NCBI GenBank assembly: GCA_965207065.1
Contig: OZ242260.1
Coordinates: 1,216,001 to 1,280,000 of the forward strand
DNA length: 64,000 bases
DNA from: a bacterium
Lineage (GTDB): Bacteria; UBA8248
Direction of reading: 5' to 3'
Shown: one piece after another, positions 63,275 through 64,000 of the stretch
Numbering within the stretch: position 1 is the first letter of the stretch
How the letters are laid out: the number at the start of each line of letters is the position of its first letter
Notes under the pieces: generated by a model
Told to the model about the DNA's origin: nothing
What the model saw: only the letters and a program-made list of their open reading frames with translations
The model's database searches: none
Translations under genes and position numbers: made by a program

Positions 63275-64000
63275 TTGAAAGGTAAGGTGAAGACGGATCT
63301 GGACGCTCTCATCGTCGGCGCGGGTGTCGCCGGTCTTTTCATGCTCTACAGGCTGCGCTCGCGCGGCTTCAGGGCGCGCGTGTACGAGGCGGGCGGCGAC
63401 GTGGGCGGCACCTGGTACTGGAACCGCTACCCGGGCGCGCGATGCGATACGGAGAGCGTCCAGTACTCCTATCAGTTCTCCGAAGAACTCCAGCAGGAAT
63501 GGGAGTGGAGCGAGCGCTACGCGAGCCAGCCGGAGATCCTGCGCTATGTCAACCACGTGGCCGAACGCTTCGATTTGCGGAGGGATGTCGTCTTCAACAC
63601 GCGAATCGTCTCCGCCGTTTTCGATGAGGAGGCGAGCCACTGGGTCGTCGAGACAGACGGCGGCGCGCGAATTTCGGCCAACTTCTGCGTGATGGCCACC
63701 GGGTGTCTCTCCTCGCCCAATATTCCCGCCTTCGAGGGGCTCGACACCTTCGACGGCCCCGTGCACCACACCGGCCTCTGGCCGCACGAGAAGGTGGATT
63801 TCTCGGGAAAACGCGTGGGCGTCATCGGCACGGGCTCATCCGCCATGCAGTCCGTCCCCATCATCGCGCGCGAGGCGGACGACGTGTTCGTCTTCCAGAG
63901 GACGGCGCACTACGCCGTACCCGCGCACAACGGCCCCATCCGTGAGGAGCGGGTGCGCGAGGTGAAGGCGAATTACGCGCAAATCAGGGCGAGAGCCAAG
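63275..64000 (+). CDS. Type I Baeyer-Villiger monooxygenase (cyclohexanone monooxygenase-like), truncated by the window end
   Basis: Not in the ORF track. MKGKVKTDLDALIVGAGVAG...GGTWYWNRYPGARCD...ATGCLS, fingerprint FDGPVHHTGLWP, VGVIGTGSS. Confidence 0.92.
   Translation, partial: MKGKVKTDLDALIVGAGVAGLFMLYRLRSRGFRARVYEAGGDVGGTWYWNRYPGARCDTESVQYSYQFSEELQQEWEWSERYASQPEILRYVNHVAERFDLRRDVVFNTRIVSAVFDEEASHWVVETDGGARISANFCVMATGCLSSPNIPAFEGLDTFDGPVHHTGLWPHEKVDFSGKRVGVIGTGSSAMQSVPIIAREADDVFVFQRTAHYAVPAHNGPIREERVREVKANYAQIRARAK

Overview
GC-rich (about 60% by eye) Gram-negative bacterial chromosome segment that spans the replication origin. Genes left of oriC are mostly on the minus strand (dnaA, recF, gyrB, gyrA, truD, a complete iscR-S-U-A-hscB-hscA-fdx-iscX operon, rsmI, engB). 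Genes right of oriC are mostly on the plus strand (rpmH, rnpA, yidD, yidC, mnmE, mnmG, two parS sites, parA, parB, bactofilin, a split nadE, bcp, a Baeyer-Villiger monooxygenase). The usual origin genes dnaN, jag and rsmG are absent from their normal positions. The most notable items are: (1) an exported thioredoxin that the ORF track only partly captures, with an in-frame TGA in a W-U-G-T-C motif followed by a SECIS-like hairpin (probable selenoprotein); (2) a soluble protein after yidC that appears to fuse the FliG C-terminal torque domain to two MotA-like cytoplasmic units lacking transmembrane helices; (3) a Tat-exported vanadium haloperoxidase lipoprotein paired with a porin; (4) a readable bipartite oriC with DnaA-trios directly ahead of recF; (5) a GyrA with an unusual QRDR; and (6) several dispersed REP-like palindrome families. 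No tRNA, rRNA, CRISPR array, transposase or integrase was recognised. All assignments come from motif recognition by eye; no database searches were run.
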